From Squalus acanthias (lineage: Eukaryota), in NCBI GenBank assembly GCA_030390025.1, contig CM059432.1:147748001-147812000 (forward strand): a stretch of 64,000 nt of DNA. Reading direction: 5' to 3'. The position numbers were made by a program, and so were the translations under genes. This document shows positions 1 through 13,189 of this stretch, one piece after another. The notes beneath the pieces were generated by a model, which was not told the DNA's origin, did not search any database, and saw nothing but the letters and a program-made list of their open reading frames with translations. The stretch's first letter is position 1; every line of letters begins with the position of its first letter.

Positions 1-50
1 GGGTGTGTACACAGCTCGTACCCACCCGTAGGCATCGGAATATACGGGCC
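1..50. mobile_element. Right end of a Harbinger-type MITE (same terminus as 57623-58360)
   Basis: ATCGGAATATACGGGCC|AAT matches ATCGGAAAATACGGGCC|AAT at 58344-58363. Confidence 0.6.
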
Positions 51-2400
51 AATATATAGAATCATAGTTCATGGGGGAAAAATTGTATAAAACATATGGA
101 TGAAATTTCCCATCCCAACTTTACCCATTCACACTAGGCATCTAACTTGTCATGGGGGAAACACAATAATGTTTCTGGTTTATTTATGTTTCTATCCCTC
201 AATTGAAGGGACACGGGACATACTGATTGCAGCTGGAGTGAGCTTTCCCCTTTCTGCACCTGCAATTGTTCTTTTCATCCCCCCACAAAGAGGGTCTCAT
301 TGAAGTGTGCAGATAAAACCTCGAATACATGGAAACCCTATGACAAATGCAGACTGTGTATCACCACGACCCAGCCTTTCATCTTTGTGGGCTGCACGGG
401 TATCTACCTCAGGGACCGCGTATAATGCTTAAATCCGCATCCTTATTAATTTGCATATATCACAAGTTGCCAATACTAATAGATCTCGGTGCTCTGATTT
501 ATGATTTGGCCAATGAGGCAACAGTGATAAACTCCAGGCTCGCAGAATTCAAACAAGACTGACCAGCAAGTAAAATATATAAGCAGTAAAAGGGCTGAGA
601 TGTCTAGGATCTGAGGGCAAAAATAAAAGATTTTTTGATTGGCGCCTGGAAAATAAAAGGGGTTGAAAATCTGCGGAGGAGCGAGGAGGTGGCATCAGTG
701 CTAGGATGCATCAGCCCATGACCTATGCTCTGACCCCATCAAAATCCTCAGGGTTCGGGGTGGGGGTGGGGGGGGGGGGGGTGCGTGGTGGGGTGGGAAG
801 TCCCTTAATTTATCGCCAACACCACTAAGGGTGTGTCTGAAGGACCCACCTGTCCCCTGGAGGTCAGAAAATTGTCTGAGTGCTGACACTTCCAGGACGC
901 ACCGCAGAATGAAGATATTACTAGCTCCAGCAATCCTCTCTGTAAGGGGACTGAAAAAATATTAGGAAATTTCCTCAGTATTTGGGTGGTCCAGGTTGGA
1001 GTTATGGCAGGAATGCACTGGAAGGCCTGCTGATTCACCACAGATAGATGAATAAAGAAATATTTCTTTCCTCATTTGCACCAAAGTTACAAAGAACGAA
1101 AGAAAACAATAACCTGCGCAGGTGTCACGCTGTGAGAAGGCACCTTTCACTATCATGCAGTCCCTGTAGCTCTTTTGTTATTTTTTTTCGGACAACACAC
1201 ATCCATCTCTCTGTCTCTCTGATATTTAAGCATGAAGGCCAGACAAGTGTGGTTAAAACAATTACTTTCAGCCAGAAAGGTTGTTTCATTGAAGGCAGGC
1301 TATTGCTGCTAACTACAAAGTCATATGGGCAGACTATTCAGAAAATGCCCAGTATCCTGGCAGCAGTCATGATGCCTTCATCCTGCGCCAGTCCGCTGTG
1401 CCAGCAATCTTCCAGCCACCACGTCGAACTCGAGGGTGGCCGCGAGGTGACAAGGACGAACCGCTCTAAACCTGGCTGATGACTCCCCTTCGCAACCCCA
1501 TCACTCGTGGCCAGCAATCATGTAATAACAGCCATGCTGCCACGAGGAACATCATCGAGCAGACCATTGGGATGCTCAAGCAATGGTTCCGCTGCCTTGA
1601 CCGCTCGGGAGGTGTAAGGGATTCTGACCCTGTGTGTCTCGCAGCCTGTGAGATTCACGCGGCTCTGTGCAGCCTGTATGTCAGTGCGGGTTTAGGCCTT
1701 GTTGCCTGTTCTGGTCTCCAGCCAGTCTGGGAGCACTAGACACACCTGTGAGTGGTTCGAATCACTCGCCCTTACGGTTCTAGACACTGGACTTAGATGC
1801 GAGAGCAGTAATGGAGATGAAACTCATGTAGACTCGGTTGAATGGTACGAAATGGAAAATCTTTATTGCATGATATTTAAGATTACGAAATACATGTCAT
1901 AAGCACAGATTAATGACAGTACAATCTTACAAGCAGTTATATAGCTGATCCTAGGGAAGCGAGGAACGAACGACACACCGTAAATAGGGGCACACATTAC
2001 AAGTATCCTTAATACTTAAACCCTCCCCTATCAATATCTGTCCTAGCTAGATTCGTAGGATTTCGAGACTCATGCTCACCACTCGTGATAACTCGGAGAA
2101 ATTCCGAATAGCTGATCAGATGTTTTTCACCGCAGCACCCACGTGTCGATCAGGAGGTCTCCTGGTCCCACTTGTTTACTTGCTTCTGCTCCGGCTAGCA
2201 GGCTGGACCGTCTGCTGTGATGAAGATCTGTGTTGGTTGGTTTAACAGGTACTTTCCGAATACAGCCCAGTCAATATCATCTTTGACGATCCGTTCTTGC
2301 AAGTTCAAAGAAGTCTTCCTGGCAAGGAAAAACTTGGCTGTTCGACCTTCAGGCACGGTCGGGATTTACTGACCGTGGCGATGAGTATGGTCTTCCTCTC

Positions 2401-2430
2401 TTCTCATCTCATCTCATCTCATCTCATCTC
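2401..2430. repeat. (TCTCA)n microsatellite
   Basis: About 6 tandem pentamers. Confidence 0.9.
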
Positions 2431-2946
2431 GGGCCTTTGGTTCCGATGCCAGTTACCAACATAGGTCTTCGTTACGCGACACGAGGTAGATCCGAACGGA
2501 TCAGAAAGTTCAACAGTCTTTTTCAAAGAGGCACCAGGCAAGCAGGAACAAGACTACGAGTCAAAAACACAGGAGCAGCCACGAGGTTACGAGTCGATCG
2601 GATAAGAGAAAAAGAGAAAGATGGACGGTTGGAGCTTGTAATTATAGTACAAAATCTTCCGTTTCCCGCCCAAACTTAATGTCCTTTCTTTTGTTTGGGT
2701 TTGGCGCTCAAATGTCTTGTATGGGTGATCTCCGTTCTTAATGGGTTTCGGGGCTACTCGTAACTGTCTGAGTACCTGTTAATATTTCTCCCATTGTTAA
2801 ATCGGTCGGTGTTCTCCCTGGAGGGGTTTTGGGGCTTCCAAGTGTTTTGTATAACTACCTGCTAACGGCTCTCTCATCGTAGAGTCGTTGGGATTTTACA
2901 TATTAATGTCTTTTGGATGGGCCCTTGATTACTCGGTACAATACTC

Positions 2947-3395
2947 GGGCAACACGGTGGCATAGCGGTTAGCACTGGTGCCTCACAGCGCCAGCGACCC
3001 GGGTTCGAATCTGGCCTCGGGTGACTGTCTGTGTGGAGTTTGCACATTGTCAGCGTGGGTTTCCTCCGGGTGCTCCGGTTTCCTCCCACAGTCCAAAAAT
3101 GTGCGGGTTAGGTTGATTTGGCTATGATTAATTGACCCTTAGTGTTAGGGGGGGATTAAATATGTGGGGTTACGGGGATAGGATGGGATATGTTAGGGGG
3201 AATTAAATACGTGGGGTTACGGGGATAGGGTGGGATATGTGTCGGTGCAGGCTCGATGGGGATTCTGTGTGAGAAAGCAGGGACAGGGTAGTGGATTTGG
3301 ATGATCAGCCATGATCGTATTGAATGGTGGAGCAGGCTCGACGGGCTGAATGGCCTACTCCTGCTCCTAGTTTCTATGTTTCTATGTTTCTATGT
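2947..3395 (+). mobile_element. tRNA-derived V-SINE (HE1-like) with CR1-derived 3' tail
   Basis: A box TGGCATAGCGG, B box GGTTCGAATC, V-domain GGGTTTCCTCCGGGTGCTCCGGTTTCCTCCCACA, CR1 tail ending (TTTCTATG)3. Confidence 0.9.
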
Positions 3396-4141
3396 AATAG
3401 CTTTCATTCGTACCTGGGAGACCGATTTCAGTATTTATGTGTATACTGCAAACCCATAATGTCTCGTGTATTATCTTCACTGTGCTGAATCTTAATCGAT
3501 CTTGCACAAATGTTTATTGGAACGCCATCTTGTCTGCCTGTCGAAAAGTCTAGAATGTTCTGTCACGAGGTGCGGCGGCCATTTTACAGGCTGCTTGTGT
3601 CCACTTTGAGAAACCTGACAGCATTCTGCTGAAATAAAAGCTGTTTGAACGAGACTCTGTGTTTTCTCCTTATTAATAAAATCGCGATATATTGCGAATT
3701 CTACAGAGGAGCCCTCCAGTACTCACGGGGGTCCCAGTTCAGGGTGGTCTTCTGCATCCTCCACAACTTGGGCCATTACGTTGGCCCAGCGCTTGTCACC
3801 ACGGGTTCCGCAACCACTTCAAAAGGAGAAGGAATGGGAGGAAGAAGAGGAAGAGGAGGAAGGGAGGAGGCAGGCAGCAAATCCCCGTTCCGGATGGGCT
3901 GTCCGTGAGCGCATCATCAGAATCCAGTTCCCCTGAATGAAACCCCAGATCCCCATTGCTCAACACTTCCTCACCTTACCATCCCTCTGTCACGGATTAT
4001 CACAGCGTCCTCTTGGCCACAATGCGAAAATGAAAGACACCACAAAACAAACATTTCAAACATAATTTATAAATGATTAATTCCAAAACAACATTACAAA
4101 GTCAACTAATCACCCTTGTGCATTCCCTTAGTGTCAATCTT

Positions 4142-5103
4142 TCATGTGCCTTTGCCTACTCTAGTGCTCCTACGAAGTGCTACCCCAGTGGCTGCAGCAT
4201 GGCTGGTGGAAGGCTGCTGACTTTCCGTGGGGGACGCTGAAGATGGCCTCGCAGGACAACCTCGAGCAGCTGTGACCCTAGAAGGCCCGGCTGTAGACTG
4301 TACCACCTCGGTATGGGCGGCAGCAGTCTGGGCTGGCTGGCTGACAGGCAACAGCAAGGACACTGGCGGAGTGGCAGTGATGGAAGCACGAATGCTGTAA
4401 TCCTGAGGGAGGACAGTAGGTTCGTTCTCCACGGAGCCATCCCCACTCCCCTGGGGCGCGCCTCAGCAATCCTCGTAATCTGTTGGAGGACAGATTGCTG
4501 GACTGCTGTGAGACACTGCAAGCCCCTTTCCATATTTGTAAACGCAGCCAAGATGGCAGCAGTCTGAGCTCACGTGGCACCTGCGCTACCATTTCCCCCT
4601 GCCCGGGCTGCAGCCCACTCATGCCCGGTGACCTACCATGTGCCGATCCCGCCTCTATACCATTCTCTAAAGTTGGCGCAGTGCCATTTTCTGTGCTCGT
4701 GCCTGGGAGTATCAGATCAAGTGACGGTGTCTCTTCTTCTCTATCACTCTCCTCCTCTAGCTCTTCATGCACTGGCTGGGCTGGTTGGAGTTCTTGAGTA
4801 TTTGAAAGGAGAAAGGCGCAACGGTAGGGTTGCGGTGAGGGGAGAGGGGGAAAAGCAAGATGTGCATGCTTACACCATCTGCAGCTTGTCAGTGAGAAGA
4901 GATCGTGGGATGAGGGGGAAGTGGGATGTGAGAAGAAGGATTAGGTACGAGCATACCGTCATCATCAATGCTTTCAGCCTCGCCAATCGTCACGGCCTCC
5001 AGTTATATACAGAACTGCCTCCTCCAGCTGGAGCAGGTTCTGAAGACATGCCTGCCCCCTGCCTGTTAGCTCCTGCTGGTGCCAGTTATGTGCCAGCTTG
5101 ACC
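4142..5103 (-). pseudogene. Harbinger Myb/SANT partner gene, exons 2-3 remnant
   Basis: Exon 2 VKLAHNWHQQELTGRGQACL after an AG acceptor; acidic/low-complexity exon 3 ending ALRRSTRVGKGT*; convergent with the transposase. Confidence 0.7.
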
Positions 5104-5289
5104 TGTAAGAGAAAGCAAAGTGTATCAGTGAGTGTGGTGCAATGCGTTTGGGTGATATGCCTGTCATGGTTGAATTGCTGGAATTGTGTGCAAGGTGTGA
5201 GATGTGGGTGTGAGGCTTGCAACAGTGGTAAATGTATAAGTGTGAGGTGAAGCTATGATTGTGAGGTATGAGTTGTGATTGATAGAGAT

Positions 5290-6958
5290 TTTTAAAAATT
5301 TGTTCCTGGGATGTGGGCGTTGCTGGCAAGGCCAGCATTTATTGCCCATCCCTAATTGCCCCTTGAGAAGGTGGTGGTGAGCCGCCTTCTTGAACCGCTG
5401 CAGTCCGTGTGGTGAAGATACTCCCACAGTGCTGTTAAGCAGGGAGTTCCAGGATTTTGACCCAGCGACGATGAAGGATCGGCGATATATTTCCAAGTCA
5501 GGATGGTGTGTGACTTGGAGGGGAACTTGGAGGTGGTGGTGTTCCCATGCACCTGCTGCCCTTGTCCTTCTAGGTGGAAGAGGTCGCGGGTTTGGGAGGT
5601 GTTGCCGAAGAAGCCTTAGCGAGTTGCTGCAGTGCATCTTGTAGATGGTACACACTGCAGCCACGGTACGCTGGTGGTGGAGGGAGTGAATGTTTAAGGT
5701 GGTGGATGGGGTGCCAATCAAGTGGGCTGCTTTGTCCTGGATGGTGTCGAGCTTCTTGAGTGTTGTTGGAGCTGCACTCATCCAGGCAAGTGGAGAGTAT
5801 TCCATCACACTCCTTACTTGTGCCTTGTAGATGGTGGAAAGGCTTTGGGGAGTCAGGAGGTGAGACACTCGCTGCAGAATACCCAGCCTCTGACCTGCTC
5901 TTGTTGCCACAGTATTTATGTGGCTGGTCCAGTTAAGTTTCTGGTCAATGGTGACCCCCAGGATGTTGATGTTGGGGGATTCGGCGATGGTAATGCTGTT
6001 GAATGTCATGGTGCGGTGGTTAGACGCTCTCTTGTTGGAGATAATCATTGCCTGGCACTTGTGTGGTGCAAATGTTACTTGCCACTTATCAGCCCAAGTC
6101 CGAATGTCATCCAGGTCTTGCTGCATGTGGGCATAGAATGCTTCATTATCTGAGCAGTTGCGAATGGAACTGAACACTGTGTAGTCATCAGTGAACATCC
6201 CCGCTTCTGACCTTATGATTGAAGGAAGGTCATTGATGAAGCAGCTCAGGATGGTTGGGCCTAGGACACTGCCCTGAGGAACTCCTGCAATGATGTCCTG
6301 GGGCTGAGATAATTGACCTTCAATCACCACAACCATCTTCCTTTGTGCTAGGTATGACTCCAGCCAGTGGAGAGTTTTCCCCCTGATTTCCTTTGACTTC
6401 AATTTTACTAGGGCTCCTTGATGCCAGACTCGGTCAAATGCTGCCTTGATGTCAAGGGCAGTCACTCTCACCTCACTTCTGGAATTCAGCTCTTTTGTCC
6501 ATGTTTGGTCCAAGGCTGTAATGAGGTCTGGAGCCGAGTGGTCCTGGCGGAACCCAAACTGAGCATCAGTGAGCAGGTTATTGGTGAGTAAATGCCACTT
6601 GATAGCACTGCTGACAACACCTTCCATCACTTTGCTGATGATTGAGAGTAGACTGATGGGGCAGTAATTGGCTGGATTGGACTTGCCTGCTATTTGTGGA
6701 CAGGACATATCTGGGCAGTTTTCCACATTGTCGGATAGATGCCAGTGTTGCAGCTGTACTGGAACAGCTTGGCTAGAGGCGCAGTTAGTTCTGGAGCACA
6801 AGTCTTCAGAACGATAGCCAAGATGTTGTCGGGGCCCATAGCCTTTGCTGTATCTAGTGCACTCAGCCATTTCTTGATATCACGTGGAGTGAATCGAATT
6901 GGCTGACGACTGGCTTCTGTGATGGTGGAGACTTCAGAAGGACACCGAGATGGACCAT
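5290..6958 (-). mobile_element. 5'-truncated CR1-group (non-HER1, Crack/Daphne-like) LINE with RT domain
   Basis: NYCPISLLSIISKVME, QFGFR, LDIKAAFDRVWH, GVPQGSVLGP, FTDD motifs; frameshift near 6690-6720; 3' tail at ~5290-5350. Confidence 0.9.
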
Positions 6959-6959
6959 C

Positions 6960-8113
6960 CACCTAAAAGGTCTGGCTGTAGACTGTACCACCTCAGCCTG
7001 GGCGGCAGCAGTCTGGGCTGGCTGGCTGACAGGCAGCAGCAAGGGCAATGGCGGAATGGCAGTGGTGGGTGTATTAATGCTGTCATCCTGAGAGAGGACA
7101 GCAGGTTCCTGCTCCATAGACCCACTGCCACTCCCCCGGGGCGGCGCCTCAGCATTCCTAGCAATCTGTTGGAGGGCAGATTGCTGGCCTGCTGTGACAC
7201 CCTGCAAGCCCCTTTCGAGACTTGTAAACCCAACGACGATGGCAGCAGTCTGAGCTTCCGCTGCAGCTGTGAGCCTGTGCTGCAATGGAAGCCGCAGCAT
7301 CATGGCTGGGTCCGCAAGGTCTCTCCTGGAGTTGTCCAGCGTTTCCATCCTGGAAATCATGGGCTCCAAGCTCTGCGCAAAGCACCGTCCAATGTTGGAG
7401 CCGGACTCCTCCATGCTCCTTGATACTGACATGAGGCTCTCTGGCAGGCTTGTCATTGCGCATTGCATTTCCGTGTGCAGGCCCATCACCCTTCTTCTGT
7501 GGGCCGCCCCATCGAGATCATCATCTAAGTCCTGTGCAGCAGAACTAGTGTGCAAACTCGCCCTCTGGGGACCTGGCCCCCGAGCGGCCCTTTCCCCCGG
7601 CCTAGCTGCAGCCCACTCGTGCCCGGTGCCTCACCCTCTGCAGATCCCGCCTCTATACTACTCTCTAAATTCCGCGTAGTTCCAGTTTCTGAGCTGGTGT
7701 CTGCGAGTGTCAGATGCGGTGGCGGTGTGTCTTCTTCTTCATCTCCACTCTCCTCCATCACTCTCCTCCATCACTTTGGGCACAGGCTGTGCTGGTGGCA
7801 CTTCTTGGCCATCTGAAAGCAGAAAGGCACGAGGGCCGGGTTGTGGTGAGGGGAGTGGGGGGAAAGCAAGATATCCAAGCCTACAGCATCAGCAGCTTGT
7901 AAGATGGAAGAGATTGGAAGTGGAATGTGAGAAGAAGGATTAGCAATGACCATATCGTTGTTGTCCGCAAGGGCTTCAACTTCGCTCGTTGCCGCAGCCT
8001 CGGTGACTTCCCCTCCAATGATGTTGAGCACCGTCTCTACCAGTTGACTCAATGTCTGTAAAGGGGCTTGGCCGCCTTTCGTCTGCTGCTGCTCATGGTG
8101 GTTGTGAGCCACC
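6960..8113 (-). pseudogene. Second, divergent Harbinger Myb/SANT partner gene (exons 2-3)
   Basis: AKVAHNHHEQQQTKGGQAPL exon and exon 3 homologous to 4142-4800; Harbinger-type terminus AAATTTCTAGGCC at ~8781-8794. Confidence 0.7.
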
Positions 8114-8836
8114 TTAGCGAGCAAGAGAAAGGGAAGTGTGTCAGTGAGTGTGGTCTTTCCAGGAGTCCGTCCAGATCTGAGCCTGTGCTTTAAGAGCCAC
8201 TCACCAGCGAGTGAATGCCCTCTGCGATCTGCAGGCTAGTGCACTGTCACTGCTATCAGCAAGACGGTGCATCCCCATCCCCTCTCCCTCCAGCACCATG
8301 CTGGAGTACAAACCTCTACACAGCAACCATCTGGGTGAGACATCTGTGGAGCTGTGGCAGCCAGCGAAGGTGGGAGTACCAGGCAGTCTGGCACCCATTT
8401 GTGGACCCCACACAAGACTCGGACAAATGTTTGCGAAAGTAAGAGGGGAGCCGTGGACAAACAAATGCCTCCTAATGTGCCACAACGCAAAATGCTCCAA
8501 CCCAACAAAGGCCATCAGCGGACTCGATACCTCCTGACCCAGCAAAACCCAGGAACCATCACCAAATACTCCGACACAGCACATTGTCCGGGAACGCCGC
8601 ACCAAGTCTTCAGACGCGACCTTTGGCCTCCTGCTGAGATTAATACCAAAACAAGCGCGTTGCACCGCAGATTCTCCGCTCCGCTGATGTAAATTAGCAC
8701 CAAAATACCGGTGCTGCCAGCGGTTTTTCTGCGGGCGGCCGTCCGTTAGCCTTTGCCACCGACAGATCTCTGGCCTACTCAAATTTCTAGGCCTATTCAT
8801 AAAAATGACAGCACATGCAATTGGAGGCAACATATT

Positions 8837-9597
8837 GGGCCAAAAATTCGGCCCTTCCTGGGTGAGTACGCGCTGTGTACTCACCCGTATTACTTCCCGA
8901 AGTGCCGGTTTCCTGCATGCACTGCGCATGCGCGGGAAACTGGAACTTCCGGTATGGTGAAGGGGGCGGTTCCTAGGTGAACCGCGTGCGCGGTAGAGGC
9001 TGCGCGCACGCAGCACACTTAGATTTTTTTTCAGGTTTCTACGGGAGGGTAAGTATTGAAGAACCTGCGCTTTTAAAAAGGAGGCGTAAGACCCGTTTTG
9101 AACAAGGTAAGTGGTTAATTAAGTATAATTTAAAAAAAATTTCAACAGGTTTATCTTTTTTAGATACTTTAAAGAAAGGTAAGTTTATTTTTATCACTTT
9201 TAAAAAGTATTTTAATTTTTTCAAAAATTAAAATTTTTGTTTAAAGTGGTTAATTTATTTAACTATAGTTATTTTATAAATGTGATGGTTTTTTTTAAAT
9301 TTATTTTAAGTTTAGCTGTTCTTTTGGGGCCGATTTCAATTCACAGATTTGACAGGTCCTGTCAAATCTATGAATGAAAGATGGTCTGCTGCCATTGGCT
9401 CTCCATGGCCCACGTGATCCCAGGGGACGCATCGCACTAACTGCGCCCCTGGGACACGCAAGCACTGCGCGCAGGCACTTGGGAGAGGCCCAGGAGCTGA
9501 AGTTCCCGTGGGCCCAAAACACAACGGCAGGCGCGGTAGGTAAGAGCGTGCGCGATCCTTACCCCCGCGGCAAGCCGGAGAGGCGAATTTCTGGGCC
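8837..9597. mobile_element. Harbinger-type MITE, ~760-bp family (copy 1)
   Basis: TIRs GGGCCAAAAATTCG / CGAATTTCTGGGCC, TSD ATT; highly similar to 22601-23367. Confidence 0.88.
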
Positions 9598-9600
9598 ATT

Positions 9601-10612
9601 GACATGGGTAGGGAATTGGTGAGGAGACAGAGTTTAGGAATAATGAGATTGTCTTCCAATTTGCAGGATGTGACTAGTGATGTCCCCCATTGTTCTGCAC
9701 TGGGGCCTCAGCTTTTCACTATATTTATCAATGACTTGGAGGAAGGAAGAGAGAGCCGAATATCTAAGTTTGTTGATGACACTAAGTTAGGTGGCACAGT
9801 AAATAATGCAGATGGGAGCAGGAAGTTTCAAAGGGACTTTGATAGATTAAGTGAGTGGGCAAAACTGTGACAGACGGAGTTCAGTGTGGGGGCAAGTGTG
9901 AGGTCATCCACTTTGGACCTAAGAAAGATCGATCAGAGTATTTTCTAAATGCTGAGAAGCTGGGAACTAGAAGCGAGAGAGATTTAGGAGTCCCAAGTAC
10001 AGAAATCACTAAAAGCTAGTATTCAGAAACAAAAAAATAATTTAAAAGGCTAATGGAATGTTAGTCTTTATCTCAAGGGGGCTGGAATACAAAGTGGGGG
10101 AAAGTTATACTAAAGTTATCTCAAGGTTCAGTTCAGTTCTGAGCACACACCTCAGGAAGGATATATTGGCCTTGAAAGGGTTAAATTATGAGGGCAGGTT
10201 GGACAGGCTAGGCTTGTATTCCCTTGACTATACAAGATTAAGGGGTGAGCTAATTGAGGTGTTTAAATGATTAAAGGAGTTGATAGGGTAGATAGAGAGA
10301 AACTATTTCCTCTGGTGGGGGGAGTCTAGAACAAGGGGCCATAACCTTAGAATTAGAGCCAGGCCGTTCAGGGGTGATGTCAGGCAGCACTTCTTCACAC
10401 AAAGGGTGGTGGAAATCTGGAACTCTCTGCCCCAAAAAGCTGTTGAAGCTAAAATTTAAAACTGAGATTGATAGATTTTTGTTAGACAAGGGTATTCTGG
10501 GGCATGGAGCCAAGGCGGGTAAATGTAGTTGAGATACAGATCAGCCATGATCTCATTGAATGGCGGAAAAGGCTCGAGGGGCCGAATGGCCTCCTCCTGT
10601 TCCGATGTTCCT
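9601..10612 (+). mobile_element. Degraded CR1 LINE 3' fragment
   Basis: LGPQLFTIFINDL, ISKFVDDTKLGG, CR1 3' hairpin tail; stops and frameshifts. Confidence 0.85.
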
Positions 10613-11559
10613 GTAATAAACAATAGCAAAACTTCAAAAGTGTAAAGTTTTTCTTACCACAGATGGAACATGTTGTTTATAGCCTCCTGGATATAATAAC
10701 TTCATTAGTTTCTCCTGGCAAAGTTGCCTAGGAAAATGATCAAAAGCTTGTGCTTTACATTGGTTTGATGTTTTTATACAAAAATCCCTGCCAAATTCTA
10801 GTGGCACAATGATGGCTTCGATTTGGGATTTTGTTCAGTGTTTTACCTGCTGGCTGTCGGGGCAGGTACCTCTGCTCAGACCCCAGGCACGGGCTGCTCA
10901 GCCTAACTGTTTAAGTGACCCTGTCCCTGCAAGTCGCAACGATGACTGCCAGCGGACGAGGGTATCGGGACCAATTTCAACATTCCTGCTTGACAGCCAA
11001 GATGTTTGTGATAAGCTTGCAAGATCAACACAATGGCTTGGGTTCAGAACAACGAGTAAAGAGACAACTGCAGCATCTGATCATTCATCACTCTTAACTG
11101 TGAATCCCAGGCATCAGATTGCACGTATTCTACCGGTTTCCAAAGGCAAATTGTTCTTTCCGCAGAAAGCATGAAAAATAATTTCCAGTATGAATAAGAG
11201 TGTTACTGAGGACATCAGGAACAAATACATTTTAATCAAGAACTCAAATGTTGAAATAAAATAGCCATGATATTAGGGGAAATCCCAATTCCTTTCAAAG
11301 TATTTCCCCCTCCACCGCCCCCAGCCCCAGTTTACTTTAGTTTTAGAGCATATTCAAGAACTGTTCCTGTTTCTTTCGGGAATTTCCAGTCTGCTAGGTT
11401 CCTGATTCCCTGACTCTTAATTCAAAATCATTTCATTCAAAGTTTCTGATAATTTAAATTGGTTTTTCTTAAGCAGTAAATTCGTAGTTTTCTTTGCTCA
11501 ATCTAAGTTCGTGGACAAAAAGCTCCGAACTATGAATTGTCAAGACTTGGCTGAAAAAG

Positions 11560-11762
11560 TTCCAGTAACTGAAAAGCAGAATAACTGCAAAGGCCGGAAA
11601 TCTGAAATTAAAACTGAGAATGGTGGAAATACAATGGAGAGAAAAGATAGCTTATTGATACTTCAAAGTGTCTGCACCCAAAATGTCAATAACCAGTCTT
11701 GCCTCTCTACCAGATTCTGACTGACCTGCTGCGTATTTCCAGCGTTCTCTATTTTTATTTTA
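11560..11762. mobile_element. Degenerate inverted pair of Penelope-like termini
   Basis: CTGACCTGCTGCGTATTTCCAGC...TTTTTATTT and its partial reverse complement; similar to 39466-39693. Confidence 0.55.
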
Positions 11763-11979
11763 ACAGACATACCTGTCAACCAAGAAAACTAAAACTGAAA
11801 GCTAAGCAACAGCTTCAAGAAGAAAAGCTGACACAACTCCTTATAAACGAACAACTTCAAATAGGAACATAGGAATAGATGAAAGAAGATCACCGTCCAA
11901 ATAGTTCCCCTTCTACCATCCTGCTAGTCGAGGATACAACACTAATGGAATTGTTGGCCTATGATTCTTACAACTGCAC

Positions 11980-12800
11980 ATACGAAATCCCAACTGTCCA
12001 GCCTTTGGCCCTCCATTCACCACGGCATTTCTGCAGTTACCGATCTGCTCAACCACACCCTCACCACCACCTTCGATGCCCTAGTCCCTATTAAAACCAT
12101 TACTCTCTCTCACCCTGGCCGTTCCCCCTGGTACGGCCCTCATCTTCGCTCCCTTAAGTCCAAGGACGCAGACTTGAACGGATATGGCGGACAACTGGTT
12201 TAGCCATTCACCGCCAGATCTGGCTGGACCACGTAAAGTATTATCGGGTCCTGCTCTCGTCTGCCTAAATTGCTCACTATTCCAGGATCATTCTGGAATG
12301 CAAAGATAACCCCAGGCTCCTTTTCTCTACTGCTAACCGTCTTCTTAAACCCCTCTCCCCTGTCTCCTCCACCCTCACCTCCAACAACAAGTGTGAGGAG
12401 CTCATGGACTTCTTTGTCTCTAAGATTGAGAGCATCCGATCAGCTGCCTCTGCACTTCCCTTCCTTCCCCTAGCCCACCGCGCCAAACTTCCTCTAAGGT
12501 TCCCCCCTGCCCTAGCCCTGAACTCACATCTTTCTCCAGTTTCTCTCCGATCTCCCTTCATGACCTCTCTGTGCTCATCTTGCCCAGGAGACCAACTTCC
12601 AGCTCCCTCGACCCTATTCCCACTAAACTGCTGACCACCCAACTTCCTTTTCTGGCTCCCAGGTTAGCTGATATTGTTAATGGTTCGCTCTCCTCAGGTA
12701 CTGCTCCAACCTCCTTCAAATCTGCCGTCATCACCCCTCTCCTTAAAAAGCCAACACTTGACCCTTCCGTCCTTGCAAACTACCGCCCCATCTCAAACCT
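11980..12800 (+). mobile_element. L2 LINE ORF2 fragment
   Basis: SLDPIPTKLL...LLKKPTLDPSVLANYRPISNL. Confidence 0.85.
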
Positions 12801-13180
12801 GAAGATGGTTGGGCCTAGGATACTACCCTGAGGAACTCCTGCAGCAACGTCCTGGGGCTGTGATGATTCAGCCAGGATGGTGTGTGACTTGGCGGTGAGC
12901 TTGGAGGTGGTGGTGTTCCCGTGCGCCTGCTGCCCTTGTCCTTCTAGGTGGCAGAGGTCACTGGTTTGGGAGGTGCTGTCAAAGAAGCATTGGCGAGTTG
13001 CTGCAATGCATCTTGTAGATAGCACACACTGCAGCCACGTTACGTCAATGGTGGAAGGAGTGAATGTTTAAGGTGGTGGATGGGTTGGTGATTAAGCGGG
13101 CTGCTTTGTCCTGGATGGTGTTGATCTTCTTGAGTGTTGTTGGAGCTGCACTCATCCAGGCAATTGGAGAGTATTCCACG
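12800..13180 (-). mobile_element. Fragments of the same LINE family as 5290-6958
   Basis: [13 protein letters not shown] segment joined to a 3' segment matching 5500-5800. Confidence 0.8.
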
Positions 13181-13189
13181 CGACAGGTA

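Larger units (their letters stand above)
1613..3705. mobile_element. Solo LTR (~2.1 kb including a nested SINE)
   Basis: TGTAAGGGATTC...GAATTCTACA termini (TG...CA, imperfect inverted ends); 4-bp TSD GAGG at 1609-1612 and 3706-3709; cleanly interrupts the transposase; no ORF. Confidence 0.8.
1360..3940 (+). pseudogene. 3' part of a PIF/Harbinger (HARBI1-like DDE) transposase, split by a solo LTR
   Basis: MTPLRNP...HAATRNIIEQTIGMLKQWFRCLDRSGG (to 1612) resumes after 3709 as ALQYS...VFCILHN plus an acidic tail, typical of the HARBI1 C-terminus. Confidence 0.85.

Noticed and set aside
2947..3020. tRNA gene
   Set aside because: A/B boxes are the head of a SINE continuing into the V-domain and LINE tail
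8201..9016. 271-aa ORF
   Set aside because: Crosses a MITE boundary and a transposon end; no recognisable domain
10809..11174. 121-aa ORF as host exon
   Set aside because: No recognisable homology or consistent splice/frame structure in the frames examined
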